Below are positions 25,903 through 33,385 of a DNA stretch of 38,681 nucleotides, piece after piece. Origin of the DNA: Minisyncoccota bacterium. Lineage in GTDB: Bacteria > Patescibacteriota > Minisyncoccia > Phycocordibacterales > Zambryskibacteraceae. The notes under the pieces were generated by a model, which saw only the letters and a program-made list of their open reading frames with translations, was not told the origin of the DNA and did no database searches. How positions within the stretch are numbered: the stretch's first letter is position 1; the number at the start of each line of letters is the position of its first letter. Made by a program: the position numbers and the translations under genes. The DNA lies in NCBI GenBank assembly GCA_036517475.1, contig DATDVZ010000008.1:1-38681 (forward strand). The letters are read 5' to 3'.

Positions 25903-27003
25903 TTACTTCTCAGGCTGAGCTGATTTTCCTTTATCAGGCTGAGGAATAATGATACCCATACCCTTGCCACCAATAGAGAGGGTGGTAACGGTCTCATTGC
26001 TCTCATATGCTTCAGCAAACCTAACTGCAGGTCCTCCTGGTTCGCGGGCAACAGGCAGAATCACTCTATTTACGCGATCTTCATCTGCCTCATTGGCAAG
26101 CATCTGAACTTCCTTCGCCGCTTCTCCAGCAAGAATTGTAACTTTCTTGTCGGCTTCTGCCACCTGAATCTTGGCGGCCTGCTCAAGCCGAGTTTTTTCT
26201 GCAAGCTGAAGCAGTTCGCGCAGTTTCTTTTCTGCCTCATCCGGATCAATTGAGAAGAGGGAAGCATCGGTAATAAATATTCCGAGTTGACTGAGAGTAT
26301 CGCCAGCGATTCCTTCTATCGCGTCAGTAAGCTCTTCTTTCTGTTTCACATCTCCATATAAGTAATAGTCAGGCGGCTTGCTGCCAGTTAAGGCAATAGT
26401 TCTTGCTTCTGCCTTCTGCGAAAGTACAGCATTGGCATCAGCCACTCTAACGATGGCTTTAACTGGATGTTTTCTTTCAAAGATTATGTTGTAAATGATA
26501 TCAAGTCCGAAGGCTCCGGCAGTTTCGGCATTATCAACCTTTACCGCCTGATTACTTGAGAAGAAGACAAACTTTGTTTTCTGATCCTCTGGGAAAACAT
26601 GATATGTCTCTTCTTTATCCTTCCTTCCATATCTAAAAGACCGTAATGCATTCCGGCGAAGGTCTTTAAAAGGTCCTTTCCAATGTACGCCGTAAAGGCG
26701 ATGGAGTAGACCTCTATCTTCCTCTCCTTCCACGAACTCAGCGTTGAAAAGATTGTTATCTGCCGGAATTATTAAGCGGTGTCCAGGGATGTCATGAGCT
26801 ATTCCAACAATCCCGCCACCACCTTCAGTGAGATCTGTGGTCTCGTTACCTTTTCTTACTAGAAGGGCATACGTGTTTCCTGGAGTAAAAAACCAAAGAA
26901 TCTCCTTATTGGCAAGAGCTCTGATTGCAAGTCCGACGAAGAACCATAATCCAAAAAGTGTCGCAGCTATTGCTGCGGCATATATAAGAATTTGCGTCAG
27001 CAC
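25903..27003 (-). CDS. SPFH/band-7-like membrane protein
   Basis: N-terminal TM helix, a beta-rich domain ending LGIFITDASLFSIDP, then an AEA/AE-rich coiled coil; AAGGAGG RBS before GTG. Confidence 0.75.
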   Translation of the reverse strand: MLTQILIYAAAIAATLFGLWFFVGLAIRALANKEILWFFTPGNTYALLVRKGNETTDLTEGGGGIVGIAHDIPGHRLIIPADNNLFNAEFVEGEEDRGLLHRLYGVHWKGPFKDLRRNALRSFRYGRKDKEETYHVFPEDQKTKFVFFSSNQAVKVDNAETAGAFGLDIIYNIIFERKHPVKAIVRVADANAVLSQKAEARTIALTGSKPPDYYLYGDVKQKEELTDAIEGIAGDTLSQLGIFITDASLFSIDPDEAEKKLRELLQLAEKTRLEQAAKIQVAEADKKVTILAGEAAKEVQMLANEADEDRVNRVILPVAREPGGPAVRFAEAYESNETVTTLSIGGKGMGIIIPQPDKGKSAQPEK

Positions 27004-27045
27004 ATTTCCTCCTTTGAATAGTTTCAGAGATCTGTTCCAGTGAGG

Positions 27046-27074
27046 ATTCTATAATGAAGTTGGAGAAATGTCAA
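27046..27074 (-). promoter_or_regulatory. sigma70-like promoter
   Basis: TTGACA-N17-TAGAAT on the minus strand. Confidence 0.65.
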
Positions 27075-27089
27075 CTTTGTAATGAAAAA

Positions 27090-27117
27090 CCGCCGAGCGC
27101 GCAAGCACGCTCGGCGG
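27090..27117 (-). terminator. terminator-like hairpin
   Basis: CCGCCGAGCG-N8-CGCTCGGCGG. Confidence 0.65.
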
Positions 27118-27147
27118 CACTGATTTTCTAAAGCTACCTGATTGACT

Positions 27148-27840
27148 CTACTTCGGAAGTTGGCGAAGTTGATAGGTAAGCAGATCAGTGAAACTCCAGT
27201 TCTTGCTCACACCTGTTAACTTTCCTCGGACTGGATTATCGACACCATCGATTGTCCTGACCACGAATTTCAATGGCCAGCCATTATGTCCCGGAATTGA
27301 ATTCATGGCAATGTGGAAATCGGTCCACCAACACCACGGCGCGAATTTCCCCATAGCCATGCACAGGCGTGGACCAACCTCTGGCGGACAGATATCAATC
27401 TCCTGTCCATAGAGGTGATGTGCGCTCCAGCTGGCAAGCCACTCGGAGTTGAAGATTTGCTTTGACTTGTATGTGCCGAGAGCCGCCGGGGTGATAAAAA
27501 CCAAGTCGATCTTCTCCTGCTGAACCAGAGTGGTGAATCCTGGGTCAGCAAGCATTGTGTGTGCGTTTTCTTCTACTTCGCATGCGCTCTCGACTAATTG
27601 CGCCAACTCCAGAGGCCTTGCGCCTCCGATCTCCAGTCCATCGTGGTTTACCGGTAAGACCATTCTCATTCCCCGAGATACCTCTTGTCCCTCAGCGATT
27701 CGTTGAAGTTCACTCATTACCCAACGAACGGGAATGGCGCGATCGTCTAGCCGTTTCCTAACACCCATCCATCGACGATCAAGAGCTCCAACTTCTTCGT
27801 TCGTGAGTCTTCCGTCCGCGACAGCAGAATATGCCGTCAT
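27148..27840 (-). CDS. hypothetical protein (GC-richer than its neighbours)
   Basis: ATG at 27840 (MTAYSAV) has GGAGG upstream; own promoter and terminator. Confidence 0.7.
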   Translation of the reverse strand: MTAYSAVADGRLTNEEVGALDRRWMGVRKRLDDRAIPVRWVMSELQRIAEGQEVSRGMRMVLPVNHDGLEIGGARPLELAQLVESACEVEENAHTMLADPGFTTLVQQEKIDLVFITPAALGTYKSKQIFNSEWLASWSAHHLYGQEIDICPPEVGPRLCMAMGKFAPWCWWTDFHIAMNSIPGHNGWPLKFVVRTIDGVDNPVRGKLTGVSKNWSFTDLLTYQLRQLPK

Positions 27841-28020
27841 ATGACAGTTCCTCCGTTTTTGAACCCGGATTAACGCTCTGGTTGGCGGCAAGTCTCCGAA
27901 TGAGACAAGCTCTCCAACGTCGAGTTATTCGACGGCAAAGAGCTTGTCTCAGATTCAAATGATTGAAAAGATCTATGCTGTGGTGATCCTACAATAGCTT
28001 ATTGTTTTGTCAAGGTAAGT

Positions 28021-28169
28021 AAATAAATTTGTTTTATTAGTATGGGTGGGAGAGGACTTGATTCTTACAGAATCTGTACATCTTTCGCATTCTCCGCCAA
28101 TTGGCGGATCATATATGCTCAAGGTCTTCAAGTCCTCTCGCGAGAACAAATAAATTTGTTTTCTCCTTA
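28021..28169 (-). repeat. tRNA-Leu(TAG) 3'-associated structured element with a duplicated tRNA 3' end
   Basis: Direct repeat 28021-28061 vs 28148-28188 (127 bp period); inverted T-arm copy at 28127-28139. Confidence 0.8.
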
Positions 28170-28250
28170 TGGGCGGGAGAGGACTTGAACCTCCACTCCT
28201 TGCGGAACTAGCTCCTAAGGCTAGCGCGTCTGCCATTTCGCCACCCGCCC
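28170..28250 (-). tRNA. tRNA-Leu(TAG)
   Basis: Acceptor GGGCGGG/CCCGCCC, anticodon arm CTAGC-CTTAGGA-GCTAG, long variable arm, T-loop TTCAAGT; CCA not encoded. Confidence 0.95.
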
Positions 28251-28385
28251 ACCAAATATGAAGGGTTAAATCTGCCACTTGCCCCTTATGAAATCGATCA
28301 CTTGTGATCGTAATTTCATTTTGGGTTTTGTCACCCGCTTGTAAGAAAGAATACTATAACATTTTGAAATATAAAAAAGATCCGT

Positions 28386-28664
28386 TTAGGATCTTTTGGC
28401 TTTTAGGATCATTGTTCTGGTCCCAAGAAAATGTGTGGCAACATTTTTTCTAGGGATACTGAGTCTGTCTACTTCTTGCAAGAGAGCTTTCATACTCTTA
28501 GCTAAAGCTACTGATCTGCCATTATGGAATGCAACATACTGGTTAGGAAACTTTTTTTGAAGTCTTCTTAACTGCGCATCCATTGATCTAACGTTTGCAC
28601 TAAATGATCTTAATTCTCTTGCGACTTGAGACGGATTATCTATAAGATCCTTAAGTCGGTGCAT
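28386..28664 (-). CDS. small protein resembling the DUF5678 family
   Basis: KKFPNQYVAFHNGRSVALAKSMKALLQEV pattern, recalled family resemblance only. Confidence 0.6.
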   Translation of the reverse strand: MHRLKDLIDNPSQVARELRSFSANVRSMDAQLRRLQKKFPNQYVAFHNGRSVALAKSMKALLQEVDRLSIPRKNVATHFLGTRTMILKAKRS

Positions 28665-28770
28665 TTTTTCTCCCGGAGATTTCTAGGTTAAAAGTATTAA
28701 AAATTGTAACTAAAGTCAATTTGAAATCTTGATAAACCTCAACTTTTTTCGTATTCTTTAAACCTGAATT

Positions 28771-28792
28771 TTATGGCCACGTAGCCAAGTAG
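28771..28792 (+). repeat. duplicated 5' end of tRNA-Cys
   Basis: TTATGGCCACGTAGCCAAGTAG is identical to 28877-28898. Confidence 0.85.
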
Positions 28793-28880
28793 CATGAGCG
28801 TAGCGAATTATAAAAAAGCCAGCAAGCTGCTCAAGGTTAGTATTGTGGTAGGATTTTGTTGATTGTAATAAGTTAATTAT

Positions 28881-28955
28881 GGCCACGTAGCCAAGTAGTA
28901 AGGCAGCTCTCTGCAAAAGAGCTACACGCGAGTGCGATTCTCGCCGTGGCCTCCA
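28881..28955 (+). tRNA. tRNA-Cys(GCA)
   Basis: Acceptor GGCCACG/CGTGGCC, GCTCT-CTGCAAA-AGAGC, U discriminator, encoded CCA; variant T-loop TGCGATT. Confidence 0.9.
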
Positions 28956-29087
28956 GGCAACGGAGCAAGCAAATTGATTTGCTTGCGTCGAGAATCGCAG
29001 GCCGGAATATCTTGCCACAGGCAAGAATGAGGCGGGGTCGCGAGTTTGCATTGCAAAACTTGTGACCGATTCTCGCCGTGGCCTCCA
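28956..29087 (+). repeat. tRNA-Cys 3'-associated structured element
   Basis: 22 bp direct repeat 28935-28956 = 29067-29088 (132 bp period); inverted T-arm copy at 28989-28999. Confidence 0.85.
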
Positions 29088-29168
29088 GCCCGAGTGGTGG
29101 AATGGTTTACACGCACGACTTAAAATCGTGTGCCGCAAGGCATGTGAGTTCGAGTCTCACCTCGGGCA
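29088..29168 (+). tRNA. tRNA-Leu(TAA)
   Basis: Acceptor GCCCGAG/CTCGGGC, CACGA-CTTAAAA-TCGTG, long variable arm, T-loop TTCGAGT. Confidence 0.95.
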
Positions 29169-29171
29169 TTT

Positions 29172-29476
29172 CCGCCCATAGCTCAGCTGGTCCCGTACCA
29201 AAACCTTTTAAAAGGAATTTAATTTGTATAATATTGTATTTTATGTAATTTTCCGTCCCTGTGTCCACCCATAGCTCAGGCTGGTAGAGCAGTTGCCTCT
29301 TAAGCAAACGGTCGCAGGTTCGAATCCTGCTGGGTGGACACAGGGACGGCAACAAAAAATTATTTAGATAAATTTGGTACGGGATATATGCCGCAGTTGC
29401 GTCCCTGCCCCGTAGCAAGCTTCGCTTTGCTTCGGGGTTAAGCAAACGGTCGCAGGTTCGAATCCTGCTGGGCGGA
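29172..29476 (+). pseudogene. interrupted outer tRNA-Lys scaffold enclosing the intact tRNA-Lys
   Basis: 5' part CCGCCCATAGCTCAGCTGGT (29172-29191) and 3' part (29438-29476) have mutually complementary acceptor arms CCGCCCA/TGGGCGG. Confidence 0.65.
29265..29338 (+). tRNA. tRNA-Lys(CTT)
   Basis: Acceptor CCACCCA/TGGGTGG, GTTGC-CTCTTAA-GCAAA, GCAGG-TTCGAAT-CCTGC. Confidence 0.9.
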
Positions 29477-29610
29477 TATGATAGAAAAATAAGAATTGCT
29501 TCATATTTTTCGGTACATATCCGAGACGGAGCCATGTTTTTGCAGCTGCAAAAACAGGCGAGTCGGGGTCGCGGAAATTTCGTTTTAACGAAAACGAAAT
29601 TATCTGTGAC
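29473..29610 (+). repeat. structured element related to the tRNA-Cys element
   Basis: CGGATATG/CATATCCG stem, 22 bp palindrome at 29535-29556, GGGGTCGCG (29565-29573), hairpin, TGTGAC (29605-29610). Confidence 0.6.
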
Positions 29611-29621
29611 GATAAAAAATA

Positions 29622-29951
29622 TTATTGATTAGAAATTTCCTCAATTCTTTGGCGGTTTTTTTCTCCGACATCAAGGGTAAACTTCACTTCGGGCATCCTG
29701 CCAATTCTGGCATGAGTATCAACAAAACTCATGAAAACTCTTTTATTTAGATCCAAAAATTTTTTTACTGCATTCTCTTCGCTTTCCGGCAAGACTGTGT
29801 ATAAAATATCAACGCTTTGCTGGTTGGAGCTTATATGGGCTCCAGTAACTGTTATTAAAGAGGAAAAGTTCCACTCCCTTTCAATAAATTCTGCCGCTAA
29901 GCGCTTTAAGAGTTCCGGCAATTTTTCTTTTCTATATGAAGTGTGACGCAT
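29622..29951 (-). CDS. rbfA: ribosome-binding factor A
   Basis: Follows infB; LITVTGAHIS...DILYTV...RMPEVKFTLD. Confidence 0.85.
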   Translation of the reverse strand: MRHTSYRKEKLPELLKRLAAEFIEREWNFSSLITVTGAHISSNQQSVDILYTVLPESEENAVKKFLDLNKRVFMSFVDTHARIGRMPEVKFTLDVGEKNRQRIEEISNQ

Positions 29952-29978
29952 CTAAAAGTTAAAAGTTAAAAGTGGCTA

Positions 29979-31478
29979 TTATTTATTTACTATTATGAAT
30001 GATTCAATCTTATCGCCGGAGGCAATTTCAATTTTTGATTCTATTTTTGCTCCAAATTCATTACCCTCCTCAACTGTGCTGGTTTTATTTTTTTGCATCT
30101 GAAGTTCGCGGATTCTGCCCATTCCGATTTCAGTCTCGCGCCTCCAAATCTTTACCGGCTCATTAACAGATATTTTCCCGCTTTCAACTTTTCCCCCGAC
30201 TATCTGCTTGTCTTTTGTGCTGCTGAAAAATTTTAAAATCTTTGCTTTTCCTGTGACTTCTTCCTGTAGAACTGTGGGAGTGCGGGCCTTTAATTCATCT
30301 TGGAGCCACTCTGTCATCTTATAGATAATGTTAAAAGTATTGATTTTTATTCCGAGTCTTTCAGAAAGAGACTGCGCCTGTTTCTGCGTTTCAGTGTTAA
30401 AGGCGATAACTATTGCAGAATTGCTCTCGGCAGTTCTTATGTCATTTTCAGAAATGGGTCCGAGGCCGGTAAGGGTGATCTTAGCTTCAATCTTTTCATT
30501 GGCAAGTTTTTCTATCTCATATAGTAGAGCATCTAGACTACCTGTCGTATCTGCTTTAATGACAATTGGAATTTTTGCTCTCTCATTTTTCTCCGGCACT
30601 TTTTCTGGTTTTTTTTCTGACTTAGATTCAGAAATTGCCTGCAAAGAATCTGGTTTACTTGAAAAAATTTTTATTTGACTTCCAACTTCCGGGACAGAGT
30701 CCCATCCGATGATTCTAACTGGAGAAGAGAATGTGGCGCTATCTATATTTTGCCCACGGAAATCTTCCAACATACGCAAGGGAGAAAATGATTTACCACA
30801 GACAGCAAATCCGCCCTTTTTTAAAGTCCCGTTTGTAATTATGGCTGTGGCGACAATGCCTTTTCTGGTATCCAGATGACTTTCTATTATTACGCCTTCT
30901 GCATCTGCCTCTGGATCGGCTTTCAATTCTTCAAGCTCCGCAGTCAATAAAATAAGATCCAAAAGTTCAGGAATGCCAACTCCAGTTTTAGCAGAAATTG
31001 CCACCCATGAAATATGGCCACCATAACCTTCCAAGTAAACATCGTTTTTTGCCAGACTTTGTTTCGTTTTCTCAATATTAGCCTGAGGTTTATCAATTTT
31101 ATTTATTGCAACAATAAATGGCATTTTTTCTTCGTTAAAAATTTTTATTGCCTCCTGCGTCTGTGGCATAACTGCATCTTCAGCTGAGACAACCAGTATC
31201 CCAATATCAGCCACGCGAGCGCCTCGCGAGCGTATTGCTTTGAATGACTCATGCCCTGGAGTATCAAGAAATGTAATTTTTTGACTTTTTCCTTCTTTTT
31301 GATGTATTACTTCATAGGCTCCGATATGCTGGGTAATGCCACCGACCTCCATGTCGACAATATTAGTCTTTCGGATGTAATCAAGAAGAGTTGATTTCCC
31401 ATGATCAATATGCCCCATAATTACAATTATGGGGGGGCGTTCGATTAGATTTCCTTTTTTGTTAATTGTTTTCTGCAT
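29979..31478 (-). CDS. infB: translation initiation factor IF-2 (short, no N-terminal extension)
   Basis: [43 protein letters not shown]. Confidence 0.97.
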   Translation of the reverse strand: MQKTINKKGNLIERPPIIVIMGHIDHGKSTLLDYIRKTNIVDMEVGGITQHIGAYEVIHQKEGKSQKITFLDTPGHESFKAIRSRGARVADIGILVVSAEDAVMPQTQEAIKIFNEEKMPFIVAINKIDKPQANIEKTKQSLAKNDVYLEGYGGHISWVAISAKTGVGIPELLDLILLTAELEELKADPEADAEGVIIESHLDTRKGIVATAIITNGTLKKGGFAVCGKSFSPLRMLEDFRGQNIDSATFSSPVRIIGWDSVPEVGSQIKIFSSKPDSLQAISESKSEKKPEKVPEKNERAKIPIVIKADTTGSLDALLYEIEKLANEKIEAKITLTGLGPISENDIRTAESNSAIVIAFNTETQKQAQSLSERLGIKINTFNIIYKMTEWLQDELKARTPTVLQEEVTGKAKILKFFSSTKDKQIVGGKVESGKISVNEPVKIWRRETEIGMGRIRELQMQKNKTSTVEEGNEFGAKIESKIEIASGDKIESFIIVNK

Positions 31479-31947
31479 TTAATAATTTCTCTTTAGAATT
31501 ATTGATTACTAGTTTCTCCTCGTCTGTCAGCTCAAAATCAGAAGAGAATTTTTTGACTGGTTTGGAAAAAATACTTGTCTGATCTCTATAACTCATGCTT
31601 GAGGTTACTACTCCGTCGCCCTTCTCGTTTAGAATTGCTGTAGAAAAACTATTATTTCCTCCCGATCCTGTGCCCTTGAAAGGGTTGAATCTTATGGTCT
31701 CCACTGCTTGAACAGAGCGTTTCAATCTTCTTTCAACCGATTTGAAATACTTCGTGGATTCATCTCTGAAGCGCGAAATATCATCCAAAGTAATCCTTAG
31801 GTTTACAATTGCTTCCTCCAGACTTTTGCCATCCTTGCCAGAAAAAAATTTTCTTAGTCTATACTCAATCCTTATGAATAAAAGGATAAGGATGATGTCT
31901 AATCCGATAAGTGCATAAATTATTATTTGAGAATCAATTTGAGGCAT
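31462..31947 (-). CDS. DUF4446-like membrane-anchored protein
   Basis: N-terminal TM helix; TIRFNPFKGTGSGGNNSFSTAILNEKGDGVV. Confidence 0.7.
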   Translation of the reverse strand: MPQIDSQIIIYALIGLDIILILLFIRIEYRLRKFFSGKDGKSLEEAIVNLRITLDDISRFRDESTKYFKSVERRLKRSVQAVETIRFNPFKGTGSGGNNSFSTAILNEKGDGVVTSSMSYRDQTSIFSKPVKKFSSDFELTDEEKLVINNSKEKLLNAENN

Positions 31948-32099
31948 AAAATCAGGAATGGTTTGTAATTATATATCTATTTTCATTTTTTTGAAAATCA
32001 TTTTTTCTGTTATATTTTTAAGAAATTTGTTAGGGTTTACCCTGTTAAATCCCGCAAAGCAGAAATTCCGCAAGTAGAATTACTTAGCGAGGTTAAAAA

Positions 32100-33296
32100 G
32101 TGAAAAAACAAGAAAAAATTTTTATGGATCATGCTTCAACAACTCCCGTATTACTGGAGGTTTTTTCTGCAATGAAGCCTTTCCTTATGAACAAATTTTT
32201 TAATTCACAAGCTATATATGAAAGGGGGGTTGATGTTAATAAAGCGACTGAAAATGCTCGAGAGAAAATTGCAAAAATACTTAATTCTCATAGCGATGAA
32301 ATTGTATTTACCGGAAGCGGTACTGAGTCTGATAACTTGGCCTTGTTTGGAGTTATTGAAGATGCTTGGAAGAAATTTAAAAAACCTCATATGATTGTCA
32401 GTTCTTTCGAGCATCCCGCGATTTTAGAAGCTGCCAAGAAAATTCAAAAATATGGTGGGGAAATTACTTATCTTGGTCCTGATCATGATGGAATAATTCA
32501 ACCTGCTCTGTTAAAAAAATTTCTGAAGCAAAACACGGTTTTGGTTTCAATAATGTATGCAAACAATGAAATTGGGGTAATCCAGCCAATTCGTGAAATT
32601 GCAAAAGTTATCCGCGATTTTAAAAAAAATCGGCTTGCCCGCAAAAATTTTGCAAGGCAAAATTTCGGCGGGCCCTACTTTCATACTGACGCAACTGCCG
32701 CAGCAAACTATTTGTCATTAAATACTCTTGAGCTACATGTTGATTTGATGACTCTAGATAGCTCTAAAATCTATGGTCCTAAAGGGGTCGGGGCACTTTT
32801 CAGAAGAAGAGGAACTCCTATTGAGCCGCAAATAGTAGGTGGAGGGCAGGAAGGAGGAGTTCGTTCAGGGACAGAAAATGTTGCAGGAATTGTCGCCTTT
32901 GCCAAAGCTCTCTTTATCGTTCAATCTGATAGAGAAAAAGAATCAAAGAGGTTAACAAAATTGCGAGATTATGCTATTAGTGAAATTAAAAGAACATATA
33001 AGCACGCAAAATTAAATGGGTCTTTTGGCAATAGGTTGCCCAACAATATTAATTTTTGTTTTCCTGGTTTGGACTCTGAATTTGCAGTAATAAAATTGGA
33101 TACATTGGGGATTGAGTGTTCTTCAGCAAGCACGTGCAAAAGCATGTCAGAAACTACTAATTCCTACGTCATTGAGGCGATTGGAAATGGTGGGTGTGCC
33201 GAGTCTAGTTTGCGTTTCACGTTTGGAAGAAGTACGACAAAAAACGAAGTTAAAAAAATGTTACTGGCTCTTAAAAAAGTATTGAAAAATATTTAA
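32100..33296 (+). CDS. iscS: cysteine desulfurase (IscS/NifS family, PLP)
   Basis: MDHASTTP, FTGSGTESDN, FEHPAIL, SKIYGPKG (PLP Lys), SSASTCKS (catalytic Cys), LRFTFG. Confidence 0.88.
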   Translation: MKKQEKIFMDHASTTPVLLEVFSAMKPFLMNKFFNSQAIYERGVDVNKATENAREKIAKILNSHSDEIVFTGSGTESDNLALFGVIEDAWKKFKKPHMIVSSFEHPAILEAAKKIQKYGGEITYLGPDHDGIIQPALLKKFLKQNTVLVSIMYANNEIGVIQPIREIAKVIRDFKKNRLARKNFARQNFGGPYFHTDATAAANYLSLNTLELHVDLMTLDSSKIYGPKGVGALFRRRGTPIEPQIVGGGQEGGVRSGTENVAGIVAFAKALFIVQSDREKESKRLTKLRDYAISEIKRTYKHAKLNGSFGNRLPNNINFCFPGLDSEFAVIKLDTLGIECSSASTCKSMSETTNSYVIEAIGNGGCAESSLRFTFGRSTTKNEVKKMLLALKKVLKNI

Positions 33297-33385
33297 ATTT
33301 AGTTATAATTTTTACATATGTCCCGCCAGTATCAGAGCCCAGCAGGGCTGTGCGAGAGTACCTCGGGGCAGTAATTTCTAACGGT

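Noticed and set aside
27973-28278. 101 aa minus-strand ORF
   Set aside because: It reads through tRNA-Leu(TAG) and its downstream repeat, so it is a shadow ORF.
28758-29535. ORFs 28758-29138, 28922-29116 and 29107-29535, including internal peptide repeats such as WRPRRES and PPSRIRTCDRLL
   Set aside because: They are antisense translations of tRNA genes; the peptide repeats come from the duplicated tRNA ends.
28021-29610. Prophage or integrative element at the tRNA cluster
   Set aside because: No integrase, phage or conjugation core genes; the direct repeats enclose under 200 bp.
33318-33374. SRP RNA or a known riboswitch
   Set aside because: It lacks the SRP helix-8 motif and I recognised no riboswitch consensus; kept only as a weak leader finding.
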